From an uncultured Myxococcales bacterium (GTDB lineage Bacteria; Myxococcota_A; UBA9042), in the NCBI GenBank assembly GCA_903924465.1, contig CAIYBN010000137.1:2606-66605 (forward strand): a stretch of 64,000 nucleotides of DNA, given 5' to 3'. Below the pieces are notes generated by a model. That model was not told where the DNA came from and did no database searches. It worked only from the letters and a program-made list of their open reading frames with translations. This document shows positions 1 to 9,732 of the stretch, one piece after another. Position 1 is the first letter of the stretch. Each line of letters starts with the position of its first letter. A program made the translations under genes and the position numbers.

Positions 1-564
1 CAGGCCCGCCGAAACGCCGAGCGCCAGCGCGAGCAGGAGCGCCAGAACACCGAGTTCCAGCGACACGGGAAACGCTTTGGCCAGCGTCGCCAGCACGGTT
101 TCCGTGCCTTCCGACGCGTACGTCACGCCAAGATCGAGGTGCGCGTAGCTCCACATCGCCCGGCCGTACTGCTCCCAGCCGGACGTCGCCCGCGCCAGCA
201 GTGGTTCGCCTGGACGCAGCGTGCGCCCGGGCTGGCCGACCACGGCGATCACCTGCAAGTCACGCGCGGCCAACTGGTGCTGTGTCTCACCATTTTGGCC
301 GCGAACTTCCGCCAGTGGCTGACCCGCCAGCACCCATTGCCCAGGTTTGACGCGGAACTGCACGAGCGTGCCCGCCTTGTTCGCCGGCACGTCCGCCGCA
401 AGCCCAAAAGTCCGCCGCAGGTTGGCTTCCACCGCAGGTGCAAGCGGCTTGTCGCGCTGAAACGGCCCGCCGGGCGCCAGCCGCATCAGGAGAAAGGACA
501 GCGACGCGACGACCCACAGGGTCGCCAAGCCAGCCAGCAGTCGACGGAGCAGGAACCGCGCCAT
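1..564 (-). CDS. oppB: Oligopeptide ABC transporter permease (OppB/DppB family), runs off the window start
   Basis: Read manually from ATG at 564: MARFLLRRLLAGLATLWVVASLSFLLMRLAPGGPF..., the typical OppB N-terminus; directly downstream of the OppA-type gene. Confidence 0.85.
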   Translation of the reverse strand, partial: MARFLLRRLLAGLATLWVVASLSFLLMRLAPGGPFQRDKPLAPAVEANLRRTFGLAADVPANKAGTLVQFRVKPGQWVLAGQPLAEVRGQNGETQHQLAARDLQVIAVVGQPGRTLRPGEPLLARATSGWEQYGRAMWSYAHLDLGVTYASEGTETVLATLAKAFPVSLELGVLALLLALALGVSAGL

Positions 565-567
565 CGG

Positions 568-2259
568 CTATTGCCCTCCCGGCAGCGGTGGCAGCTGGAT
601 GACTTCGCCTTGTTGAATCCGCGCCCATTCCTCCGGCGTTGCCCAGCGCACGTATTTCAGCGGATGCATGTCCTGGGCGTGGCGCTCGTAGCCCAGCACG
701 TACGGTCGCAGCAGGTACGACCACGTGTAGTGGTACAGCGGCGTGAGCGGCATGTCGCGGTCGAGAATTGCCTCCGCGCGGCGGAGCAGGGCGTTGCGCT
801 TCTGCATGTCCGGCTCGGCCTGGATCGCCGCCAACACGCCATCGTACTCCGGCGATTTGTAACCCGAGTAGTTCGCCTTGGACTGGCTGTGAAACACTTC
901 CAGGAACGTCAGCGGATCTGGATAGTCCGCGCACCAGGACGATCGTCCGATGGCGAAATCGCCCGCCAGCAGCGTCTTCAGCAGCGTGCCCCATTCCATG
1001 TTGGCCAGCTGCACCTGCACGCCGAGATTCTCCTGCAAGTTGCGCTGGACGAATTCGGCAATCAGCCGGTGCCCTTCGCCGGTGTTGAAGTACAGCGTGA
1101 TCGGCGCGAGCCCTTTGCCCAGCGGATGACCGGCGTCCGCGAGCAGCTGCCGCGCGCGCTCGGGGTCAAAACCATCGCCGACAAACGGCGTGTAGCCATG
1201 GCTCGTGCGGAACAAGTCCGGCACCGTGTTGCTGGCCACCGGCTGGCCACCGCGCAGGATGTGCAGCGCCAGCCGTTCCTTGTCGATCGCCAGGTTCACG
1301 GCCTTGCGCACGCGAACGTCATCCATCGGCGGCCGGTCTACGCGAACGCTGAAATAGTACGAGCAGAGCTTGGGATCGCTGTGGAAATCCGGCCGCCCCG
1401 ACGCACGCAGCCCGGGCGCGCGATCCACCGGCAGCGACACGTCGCCCTGCCACTGCGTTTTGCCGACTTCATACCAATCAAACGCGGTCTGATCGGACTC
1501 GGTGTGCAGCACGCTGATCGCGTCGAGCCACACGTGCTGTGCGTCCCAGTAGCGCGGATTCTTCACCAGTTCGGAGATCACGCGGTTCTCATGCTTCGTC
1601 AGCAGAAACGGCCCATTGGACACGATGTGCGCGGGCGTGCTCCAAGATTCGCCAAACTTCTCCATGACATGGCGCGGCGTCGCGACGTATTGCATCTCGC
1701 ACAGCACATCCAGAAAGAACGGGGTCGGGTTCTTCAGGCGAATTTGCAGCGTGCGGTCGTCCAGCGCATGCACGCCAACGGTCTCCGGATCGGTGACCGC
1801 GCCCTCGTTGAACGCCTGCGCGCCGTCCAGGAACCACAGCAGCTGTGCCGCGCGCGATGCGGTTTTCGGATCCAGGACGCGGCGCCAGCTCCAGACAAAA
1901 TCGTGGGCGGTCACCGGCACGCCGTCGGACCAGGTCACGTTCGGCCGCAGGTGAATCGTCCAGGTCTTGCCGTCCGCGGAAACCTCGTGTGACTGCGCCA
2001 TCGACGGCACAGGCGGGCCATCGCCGCGGTTGTAGACGTACAAGCCCTCGAACACGTTCATCATCAGGTGATGGCCGGCCGTCTCGGCAACCTTGGCGGG
2101 ATCGAGGAACTCCATGCCGCCAGATGCAAAACGCAGGTGGCGGTCGGTGGGCAGCGGCTCCGCGAACAACTGGGCGCTGCGATCGGCGTCGCGCCCGCAC
2201 GCCAGCGCGGTGCACGCGAGCACAACGAGACACAGCGATCGCGGGGAAGCTTGGCGCAT
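568..2259 (-). CDS. oppA: Peptide ABC transporter substrate-binding lipoprotein (OppA family)
   Basis: LDPAK, FEGLY, WSDGVPVTAHDFVWSWRRVLDP, SNGPF and WCADYPDP motifs; lipobox ALAC; start moved to ATG 2259. Confidence 0.9.
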   Translation of the reverse strand: MRQASPRSLCLVVLACTALACGRDADRSAQLFAEPLPTDRHLRFASGGMEFLDPAKVAETAGHHLMMNVFEGLYVYNRGDGPPVPSMAQSHEVSADGKTWTIHLRPNVTWSDGVPVTAHDFVWSWRRVLDPKTASRAAQLLWFLDGAQAFNEGAVTDPETVGVHALDDRTLQIRLKNPTPFFLDVLCEMQYVATPRHVMEKFGESWSTPAHIVSNGPFLLTKHENRVISELVKNPRYWDAQHVWLDAISVLHTESDQTAFDWYEVGKTQWQGDVSLPVDRAPGLRASGRPDFHSDPKLCSYYFSVRVDRPPMDDVRVRKAVNLAIDKERLALHILRGGQPVASNTVPDLFRTSHGYTPFVGDGFDPERARQLLADAGHPLGKGLAPITLYFNTGEGHRLIAEFVQRNLQENLGVQVQLANMEWGTLLKTLLAGDFAIGRSSWCADYPDPLTFLEVFHSQSKANYSGYKSPEYDGVLAAIQAEPDMQKRNALLRRAEAILDRDMPLTPLYHYTWSYLLRPYVLGYERHAQDMHPLKYVRWATPEEWARIQQGEVIQLPPLPGGQ

Positions 2260-2415
2260 GCGGGGCAGCCGATGGGCGCCGATGGGCGCAGCAGCAGCGA
2301 TTTTGGGTTGTTGACGCGGCTTTGGCAATGGACGCAGGCGGCCTGACCCGCTAAACTGCGAAGGGAAGGTCGTATTTGGCGGCCTCCCAGCGGTTTCGTC
2401 CGGGTCCGGAGTTCC

Positions 2416-3840
2416 ATGCGCCTCGTCCAGCGGTTGCAGCAAAACCACATGCCGTTGGTGTTGGTGTTGCTGCTTGGCGTCGTCGTGGCTGCGCAAGGCT
2501 GCTTGCCGGGAGAGCGTGCCAACGACCCGCTGCCCGACGTGAAAGTGGATGTCACCGTGGCCGACGGCGGCAAGTCAGACGCGAAAGTGGATGCCAAAGC
2601 GGATGGAAGCTTGGATACCGCGACCGACGTAGCGGACGAAGTCAGCGAGACGACGGCGGATGTGCCGATCTTGACGCAGAAGGGCTGTCTGGCCGACGGC
2701 GATTGCCTGAGTTTGCCCCTGCTGCCGTGCCATCTCGTGCCCACCTGCAACGTCGAAACCGGGCTGTGTGAATCCGCGCTGGCTGTTGAAGCGACACCGT
2801 GCACAACCGACGCGTGTCTGGTCGGCGAAACCTGCGACGCAACCGGTGTCTGCGGTGGCGGCAAGGCCAAGAACTGCGACGACAAGAACGCGTGCACACT
2901 CGATTTGTGCGGCAACGGCGTCTGCACCCATCCGAATGTGGTCGCGGGCAGTTGCGACGATGGCGTCAAGTGCACCGTGGGGGATCATTGCGTGGCCGGC
3001 AAATGCGTCAGCACGCCTTTGGACTGCTCCGACGGCAACCCGTGTACCGACGACAGCTGTCATGAGTCCGGCGACCCCACCGGCAACGTCATGAACCTGT
3101 GCCAGCATTCCACCTTCACCTACGCGAGCAAGTCCGTGGCTTGTGCCGTGACGGATCCATTGCTCTCGCCGTTCTGCAACAACGGAAACTGCGGTGTTGG
3201 CAAGGATTGTGACGACAAGAACGACTGCACAACCGACACCCAGGATCCGATAACCGGCGACTGCGTGAACGCATACGTGGGCGACGGCATTGCGTGTGGC
3301 ACTGACAAGTGCACCACAGCCGGGTGCAAGATGGTCCTCGGCGCAGGCGCTGTCTCCTTGCCCACCTGCGTGACCAAGGCGAAGTGCGACGACGGCAAGT
3401 TCTGCACCAAAGACGTGTGCGATCCCAGCACCGGCAATTGCGACAGCAAGACCACGCTCACCGCCGGGACGCCGTGCACGACGACCGATCCTTGCGTCAT
3501 CGATGGGCAGTGCGATGGCAAAACCACGTGCAAGAGCACGAAGCCCGTGGCGTGCAACGACGGCAATCCCTGCACCGATGACAGCTGCATCAGCGGGTTG
3601 GGCTGCACGGGCACGCCGGTGACGAAAACAACGGCGTGCAACGACGGCAATGGCTGCACGACCGGCGACACCTGTGCCAATGGCGTTTGCGGCGGTACCC
3701 AAGCCGTCGTCGATGACGGCAACGCGTGCACCAACGACGCGTGCGATCCCATGAGCGGCATCACCCACACGCCGGTCGGCGATGGCACGGCATGCGGTAC
3801 GAGTTCAGCGTGCAGCAAAGGGATTTGTGTAGCCAAATGA
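2416..3840 (+). CDS. Cys-rich repeat lipoprotein (CDDGNPCTxDxC repeats)
   Basis: Signal peptide with AQGC lipobox, Asp/Ala/Thr linker, many CxDxNxCTxDxC repeats; start may be 2449. Confidence 0.8.
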   Translation: MRLVQRLQQNHMPLVLVLLLGVVVAAQGCLPGERANDPLPDVKVDVTVADGGKSDAKVDAKADGSLDTATDVADEVSETTADVPILTQKGCLADGDCLSLPLLPCHLVPTCNVETGLCESALAVEATPCTTDACLVGETCDATGVCGGGKAKNCDDKNACTLDLCGNGVCTHPNVVAGSCDDGVKCTVGDHCVAGKCVSTPLDCSDGNPCTDDSCHESGDPTGNVMNLCQHSTFTYASKSVACAVTDPLLSPFCNNGNCGVGKDCDDKNDCTTDTQDPITGDCVNAYVGDGIACGTDKCTTAGCKMVLGAGAVSLPTCVTKAKCDDGKFCTKDVCDPSTGNCDSKTTLTAGTPCTTTDPCVIDGQCDGKTTCKSTKPVACNDGNPCTDDSCISGLGCTGTPVTKTTACNDGNGCTTGDTCANGVCGGTQAVVDDGNACTNDACDPMSGITHTPVGDGTACGTSSACSKGICVAK

Positions 3841-5759
3841 TGCGTCTCCTGCCATCACTGGTGCTTTTGGGGATGCTGAGCGGCTGCCTGCCGGCGCGTC
3901 GTGACCAATCCGGCGCGGTCGACGACACGGTGGTGGATGACGCAGTGGACGACGCCGACGACGCCACCGGAACGACTGGCGACGTCAAGGCCGACGGCAA
4001 GAGCGATGTGGACGTGAACGTCCCGGATGTGCCCGCTCTCGGCTGCAAGTCTGACGAGGCGTGCACCGGCTTCGGCGACCCGTGCCACACGGCCATTTGC
4101 GACGCGCAGACACGCCTCTGCAAAGCCGTGGCACTCGCCGATGATGCGACGTGCGTGGGCGTGAGCAACCAATGTGCGTTGACGGCGACCTGCAAGGCTG
4201 GCATCTGCGTCCAGGTGCCGATGAATTGCGAGGACAAAAATCCGTGCACCGTGGACAGCTGCGACCCGGCGACAGGCTGCGTCAACGCGCCGGTGACCAA
4301 GACCTGTGGGCCCAAAAAGGACCAGCCCTGCGGTTGCGACGACGGCAATGTCTGCACGATCGCCGACACATGCGCGGCCGGCTCGTGCGGCGGCCTCGCG
4401 GTGGTGTGCGACGACAAGAATGACTGCACCGCCGACGCCTGTGTCAAGGAAACCGGCTGCACGTTCGTGCCCAAACCCGAGAATTCGACGTGCGACGATG
4501 GCCAGCCCGCCTGCACGAAGGGCGACAAATGCGTGGGCGGTGTCTGCAAAGGCACGCCGGTCGTCTGCACGTCGGACGGCACCTGCAACATTTCCAAATG
4601 CCTGGAAGCTGGACTAACGCCCTTCCCCGGATGCAACACGCAGGCCGCATTCGGTTTGGCCTGTGACGATGGCGATCCTTGCACCGACAAGGACGCCTGC
4701 GACGATCCCCAGTTCACCGGCAGCGGCAGCTGCATTGGCAAGCCCAAGTTCTGTGACGACAAGAATGAATGCACCGACGACGCGTGCGATCCGAGCAACG
4801 GCTGCACCAATACACCCAACACGGTGTCCAGTTGCCAGACCACAGGGGCCTGCCCAGCCACGGGCAGTTGCAGCGCCGGGACGTGCGTCGGGCCCACCGC
4901 GTGCAACGACGGCAATGTCTGCACCGACGACGCCTGCGACGCGAAGCAGGGCTGCGTGCACACCAACAACACTGGGCCCTGCAATGACGGCAACGCCTGT
5001 ACGTACTCGGAAGCGTGTGACGGCGCTGGTGCTTGCGGCAACTCGCTCGACGTCTCCTACGACGATGGCAACGATTGCACGGTTGACAGTTGCGATCCAA
5101 TCACCGGCCCCGGTTGGACGGTCAAGAACAATGGCGTGATCTGCGGCGGCAACGTCAAGACCACCTGCACAGGCGGAATTTGCCAACCCACCACGCCGTG
5201 CGGCGACGGAATTTGCGGCGCGTCGGAAACGAACGGCAGTTGCCCGGCGGATTGCCCCAGCGGTGGCGGTCAGTGCAGCGCTTCCGACACGGCGTGCATC
5301 GGCGCCTGCGTCACCAAAGCCTGTGGCGATTCCTCGACGGCGTGCGTGCAGGGCGACGACGGCTGCGCGGCGTTGACGACCTGCGCGAGCGCGTGCTCGG
5401 ACGCGGCGTGCACGTTGGGCTGTCTCCTCTCGAACGGCTTGCCGGGATTTCCGACCAGCGTACAGCTGTGGCTCAATCTCCAGTGGTGCCGTTCCGCGCA
5501 GTGCATCGCCAACGGCTGGGCCGGCAAGCCTTGCAACCCCGGTGGCGTCGACTACGCCACCTGTGCCGCTGGCTGCGAAAGCGCATTGTGCCTGCAGACA
5601 TCGCTTGCGTGCCAGACGACCACTGGGTGCCCGGCTCAAACGACCTGTCTGCGCGCCTGTGCTGCAGATCCAGTTTGCGAGGCGAAGTGTCCAGGCGACG
5701 CCGCAGCGACGACGGCGGCCAAGGCGCTCCTGGCGTGCAGCATGAAACGCTGTCAGTAG
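3837..5759 (+). CDS. Cys-rich repeat lipoprotein, paralogous to the upstream gene
   Basis: ATGA overlap with upstream stop; MMRLLPSLVLLGMLSGC lipobox; CDDxNxCTxDxC repeats, a CGDGIC..ET..CPADC module and a helical Cys-rich C-terminus. Confidence 0.8.
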   Translation: MMRLLPSLVLLGMLSGCLPARRDQSGAVDDTVVDDAVDDADDATGTTGDVKADGKSDVDVNVPDVPALGCKSDEACTGFGDPCHTAICDAQTRLCKAVALADDATCVGVSNQCALTATCKAGICVQVPMNCEDKNPCTVDSCDPATGCVNAPVTKTCGPKKDQPCGCDDGNVCTIADTCAAGSCGGLAVVCDDKNDCTADACVKETGCTFVPKPENSTCDDGQPACTKGDKCVGGVCKGTPVVCTSDGTCNISKCLEAGLTPFPGCNTQAAFGLACDDGDPCTDKDACDDPQFTGSGSCIGKPKFCDDKNECTDDACDPSNGCTNTPNTVSSCQTTGACPATGSCSAGTCVGPTACNDGNVCTDDACDAKQGCVHTNNTGPCNDGNACTYSEACDGAGACGNSLDVSYDDGNDCTVDSCDPITGPGWTVKNNGVICGGNVKTTCTGGICQPTTPCGDGICGASETNGSCPADCPSGGGQCSASDTACIGACVTKACGDSSTACVQGDDGCAALTTCASACSDAACTLGCLLSNGLPGFPTSVQLWLNLQWCRSAQCIANGWAGKPCNPGGVDYATCAAGCESALCLQTSLACQTTTGCPAQTTCLRACAADPVCEAKCPGDAAATTAAKALLACSMKRCQ

Positions 5760-5768
5760 GCGGCTCGG

Positions 5769-6818
5769 CTACACCTCGTCGTGGCGCTCCACGTCGGGCA
5801 AAGTCAGGATGAAATCCGCACCCAGCGCCATCGACGGCGTTTGGAATCCGGCCGGCAGCTTGCCCGCCAGCGCCGCTTCAGCAATCGCCACGCCGGCAAG
5901 CGCCGTCAGCGTGTACCCGTCGGGCGTTTGCAGCCGTGACACACAGGTCTTGCCGTCGCCGTCGGAGACTTCCCCCCACAAATAGCTGCGGCTCCGCTCG
6001 CGTTGGGCGGCCGTTGGACCACGCGGGCCGGAGTCAATCTTCGCTTGAAGCCATCGCTTGACGAACGGGGTCGCCAGGAGCGGCCGCAGGTAGCGGCTGC
6101 AGCGCAGGCCCAGGCGCGCGCCCAGTGGCAGCGCGATGAACACCTCGATGTTGGGAATTTGGGTCGAATGGAATGCCGTCGACACGTCGCCCCAGGGAAT
6201 GGTGACCGTTCCGGTCGCGCCAAGGCCGAGATCGATGGTGCGCGACAGGAACGCCGAGGGAACCGGAAGTATCTTGCCGTCGCGACGGACCGCGCCGCCC
6301 GCGTCGATGTTCTCCACCATGGTCGTGGCCGTGCCGTGCGACGTCCGTCCGTTCGACTGGAAGCCGAGCGCCAGGTGGTTGGCCGTTGGCAGTCGGGCCT
6401 TGAGGTGCGCGGCGAGGCAATCGCTCGGCACGACATCAAAGCCCACGCCAGGCATGACGGTGACGCCAACTGCGCGCGCTTTGTCGTCGAAGCGTGCCGC
6501 GAGCTCGAAGACCGCGATTTCGCCTGTGATGTCCAGGTAGGTCGCCTTGTTGCGCAGGCATGCCTGGATGACCGGTTTGGCAGTCCGCGAGAACGGTCCG
6601 GCGCAATTCAGGACCACGCCCACATCGGCGAGCGCCGCGTCCAGGGCTTCGTCCGAAACATCCGCCACGCGCCAGCGCAGACCAAGCGGCTCCGCTTGCG
6701 CCCGCAAGGCATCCGCGCGCCGTCCTGCCAGAATCGGTTTCAACCCGCGCGCGACCGCCTGGGCGACCATCAATTCGCCCGTATAGCCGTACGAGCCGTA
6801 GATCAGCAGTTCCGCCAT
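5769..6818 (-). CDS. Saccharopine dehydrogenase-like / trans-acting enoyl reductase family NAD(P)-binding protein
   Basis: IYGSYGYTG Rossmann motif, LAGR, NCAGPF, YLDITGE, GFDVVPSD. Confidence 0.85.
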   Translation of the reverse strand: MAELLIYGSYGYTGELMVAQAVARGLKPILAGRRADALRAQAEPLGLRWRVADVSDEALDAALADVGVVLNCAGPFSRTAKPVIQACLRNKATYLDITGEIAVFELAARFDDKARAVGVTVMPGVGFDVVPSDCLAAHLKARLPTANHLALGFQSNGRTSHGTATTMVENIDAGGAVRRDGKILPVPSAFLSRTIDLGLGATGTVTIPWGDVSTAFHSTQIPNIEVFIALPLGARLGLRCSRYLRPLLATPFVKRWLQAKIDSGPRGPTAAQRERSRSYLWGEVSDGDGKTCVSRLQTPDGYTLTALAGVAIAEAALAGKLPAGFQTPSMALGADFILTLPDVERHDEV

Positions 6819-6919
6819 GATGCACCGCAAACGCCGAGGAACTGGCGCGGCACCGAGCGTGCACGCCAGTGGCGCCATGGTCAAGCGATTCAGCCCAAAT
6901 GGATTCAGGTGACGGTGCA

Positions 6920-6948
6920 TTGACGCACCGATCCCCGTATGCCACTGT
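6920..6948 (+). promoter_or_regulatory. Candidate sigma70-type promoter for the phoH-family gene
   Basis: TTGACG-N17-CACTGT in the intergenic region. Confidence 0.35.
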
Positions 6949-6978
6949 GCTTCAGGCACCTTCTTCAGCCGGAGAACC

Positions 6979-8289
6979 ATGCGCAAAAACTTCGTCCTCG
7001 ACACCAACGTGCTGCTCCATGACAGCAATTGCCTTCGGGCCTTTGCCGACAACATCGTGAACATTCCCATCTCGGTCATCGAAGAGTTGGACATGTTCAA
7101 GAAGGACCAGAGCGAGTTGGGACGAAATGCCCGCAGAATCGCTAGGGAAATCGATACGTACCGCGAGTCGGGCAACCTCCGCGAAGGCGTGCCGCTGCCG
7201 GGTCAGGGCATCATCCGCGTGGTGCTGGGCAAGTCGAAGCTGCCGCCGGAATTCTCGGTGTCGCGGCCGATGGACGACTCCATTCTCGCCGCGGCGGTGT
7301 ATCTGGTGGAGACCGAGCCGGATGTGCCCGTCGTCTTCGTGACCAAGGACACGAATCTGCGTATCCGCGCGGATGCCCTGAACATTCATGCGGAAGACTA
7401 CGACCGGGAAGGCGTGGATCTGGCGGAGCTGTTTTCCGGAACGGTGGAGCTGGACGTCGACCCGGAGGCGATTGAAGCGCTGTACGCGGAAGGTGGCGTG
7501 CCGTGGGCGGATCTGGGCGCTGGTTTGTGCCCGAATCAGTACGTGACCTTGCGCAACAAATTTTTGCCCAGCCGGACGGCGCTCGGCCGCGTCGTCGGTG
7601 ACCGGATCGAAAACGTGCAACGCCAGCGCAACAACGTCTGGGGCGTGAGCGCGCGCAACCGCGAACAGGTCTTTGCTCTCGACATGCTGCTGCGCGACGA
7701 CATTCAGCTGTGCACGCTGGTGGGCAAAGCCGGCACGGGCAAAACGCTGCTGGCGATTGCCGCGGGTCTGCAGTCGGTGCTGGACGGCGAGCACTACCGC
7801 AAGCTCTTGGTGTCGCGGCCGATTTTCCCGATGGGCCGCGATCTTGGCTTTCTGCCCGGCACGGTTGGCGAAAAGCTGAGTCCGTGGATGCAGCCGATCC
7901 ACGACAACATCGACCTGCTGACCAACCTGAATCTGGGCAAGGGCTCCAAGCTGCATACCTACGCCGAGCTGCTGAGCTCCGGCACGTTGGAAGTCGAACC
8001 GCTGACGTACATCCGCGGCCGGTCGCTGCCGCAGGTGTTCATGATTGTCGACGAAGCGCAGAACCTGACGCCGCACGAGGTGAAGACGGTGCTGACGCGC
8101 GTGGGCCACGGCACCAAGATTGTCTTTACCGGCGATCCGTACCAGATCGACCACGCGTATCTGGACAGCGTCAACAACGGCTTGACGTATCTGGTGGAGA
8201 AGTTCAAACACGAGCCTTTGGCCGCGCACGTGACGCTGGCCAAAGGTGAACGGTCGCCTCTGGCAGAACTGGCGGCCAACATTTTGTAG
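6979..8289 (+). CDS. PhoH-family protein with N-terminal PIN domain (PhoH2/YlaK type)
   Basis: VLDTNVLLHD PIN motif, VTKDTNLR, GKAGTGKT P-loop, YIRGRS, DEAQN, GDPYQID. Confidence 0.92.
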   Translation: MRKNFVLDTNVLLHDSNCLRAFADNIVNIPISVIEELDMFKKDQSELGRNARRIAREIDTYRESGNLREGVPLPGQGIIRVVLGKSKLPPEFSVSRPMDDSILAAAVYLVETEPDVPVVFVTKDTNLRIRADALNIHAEDYDREGVDLAELFSGTVELDVDPEAIEALYAEGGVPWADLGAGLCPNQYVTLRNKFLPSRTALGRVVGDRIENVQRQRNNVWGVSARNREQVFALDMLLRDDIQLCTLVGKAGTGKTLLAIAAGLQSVLDGEHYRKLLVSRPIFPMGRDLGFLPGTVGEKLSPWMQPIHDNIDLLTNLNLGKGSKLHTYAELLSSGTLEVEPLTYIRGRSLPQVFMIVDEAQNLTPHEVKTVLTRVGHGTKIVFTGDPYQIDHAYLDSVNNGLTYLVEKFKHEPLAAHVTLAKGERSPLAELAANIL

Positions 8290-8319
8290 CGAGCGGACGA
8301 GCCGCAAAACGAGGCGAAG

Positions 8320-9012
8320 ATGCGTTTCCTGTTGACGATTGCGATGCTGCTGCTGACCGTTCCGGCTTTGGCCAAAGAGGCGCCGGCGGGCAAGGCGGGT
8401 CCGGCACTGGCGAAAATGGCGGCCGAATATCTGAAAGCGAATCCCAAGGATCTGCGGGTGTTGGCGACGGCGGCGCCGTTGCCGGAAGAGCCGGGCGGTG
8501 GTGCGCTCGTGCGGATTGACGACGGCGCGGACGGCGGCAATCCGATTTGCTACCTGCTGACGCTCGCGGGTCGGCCGTCGTCCCCAGCCCGGATCGAGGC
8601 TTCGCTCAGGTTCACCGTCTGTCCTCGTGCCGATCAGGGCAAGACGTCGCGCCTCGAACGCATTTCATTGGGCCGGCGCAATGCCTGGCTGCTGCGCCTT
8701 GATTCCGCGCGTTGGGATGCGATGGCGAAGGGCGGCGAAGCGCAACTGTACTGGGCGATGGCCACGGACATGGGCGACGGCGCCGGGCTGCGCGCTGTGT
8801 TCGAGCGCACGTCGACGACGTTCAAGAGCAAGGATCAGCCTGCGTTGAATCAGTCGGAAATCTGCAAAGCGCCGACGGTCACGATTTCTGCGGGTGAACC
8901 GCAGGGCGCGAACATCGTGTGCGATATCGAGGCGATGCACGACCACTTGGTCAAGAAGTCCCAGCAGACGTTCAGCTACATGTGGGACGGCAGCCAGTTC
9001 GCCGGAAAGTAG
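8320..9012 (+). CDS. Hypothetical secreted protein
   Basis: Signal peptide MRFLLTIAMLLLTVPALA; four Cys; same orientation and close to the phoH-family gene. Confidence 0.7.
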   Translation: MRFLLTIAMLLLTVPALAKEAPAGKAGPALAKMAAEYLKANPKDLRVLATAAPLPEEPGGGALVRIDDGADGGNPICYLLTLAGRPSSPARIEASLRFTVCPRADQGKTSRLERISLGRRNAWLLRLDSARWDAMAKGGEAQLYWAMATDMGDGAGLRAVFERTSTTFKSKDQPALNQSEICKAPTVTISAGEPQGANIVCDIEAMHDHLVKKSQQTFSYMWDGSQFAGK

Positions 9013-9015
9013 CCT

Positions 9016-9693
9016 TCAGGCCCGCGTGCCGAGCACCAGCGCGCGCAGCATGGCAAAATCGTCGAGGACAAAATCCGCGCCCAGTCCGCGCAGCTGGATC
9101 CGCGCCGACTCCAATTCACTGTGCTGGACCAGCGCGCAGGTGAACCCGGCGTTTTGCGCGGTCTCGCGGTCGATCCGTGAACTGCCGACCATCAGCGTTT
9201 CCGCCGGCGTTCCGCCCAGTTGCCGCATGACCTGGAGTGCGCCAGTCGGATCGGGCTTGCGGGCAATCTCGCCATCGCACGTCATGAAATACTCGAAGTA
9301 GCTCGAAAGTTTGAGCTGCGCGAGCAGCCGCAACGACGGGGCCTCCGGCTTGTTGGTGACAATCGCCATCCGCACGCCGGCGTGCACCAGCGCATCCAAC
9401 GTCTCCACGACGCCGGGATAGACCCGTGCACGCTGGCCGAGATGTGCGGCGTAGCGGGCGCGAAATTCGTGAAGCCAATCGTTGATTTCCAGATCCGTCG
9501 GCGCGGGACCCGTCGCCAGCAGCGCGGCCCGCAGCAGCCCGCGCAGACCTTCGCCGGACCACATGCGCACCTGCGCTTCTTCCAGCAATGGCCGACCCAA
9601 CGGCGTGAGGGTGTCGTTCAGCGCAGCCGTCAAATCGGCCAACGTGTCGACCAAGGTGCCATTCAAGTCAAACAGGACAACTGGAAAACGCAT
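9016..9693 (-). CDS. HAD-superfamily phosphoglycolate phosphatase-like protein with altered catalytic motifs
   Basis: FDLNGTLVDT, YPGV, VTNKP, RKPDP, MVGSSRID. Confidence 0.8.
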   Translation of the reverse strand: MRFPVVLFDLNGTLVDTLADLTAALNDTLTPLGRPLLEEAQVRMWSGEGLRGLLRAALLATGPAPTDLEINDWLHEFRARYAAHLGQRARVYPGVVETLDALVHAGVRMAIVTNKPEAPSLRLLAQLKLSSYFEYFMTCDGEIARKPDPTGALQVMRQLGGTPAETLMVGSSRIDRETAQNAGFTCALVQHSELESARIQLRGLGADFVLDDFAMLRALVLGTRA

Positions 9694-9732
9694 GCGCCAC
9701 TCACTCTCCCGCAGACCGACCGCTGCGCCGCA

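Noticed and set aside
139-1992. 617-aa plus-strand ORF
   Set aside because: Antisense shadow of oppA/oppB; Arg/Gln/His-rich composition typical of high-GC reverse frames
6979-8289. PIN-PhoH as a toxin-antitoxin module
   Set aside because: No small antitoxin ORF upstream; this architecture is a common standalone gene
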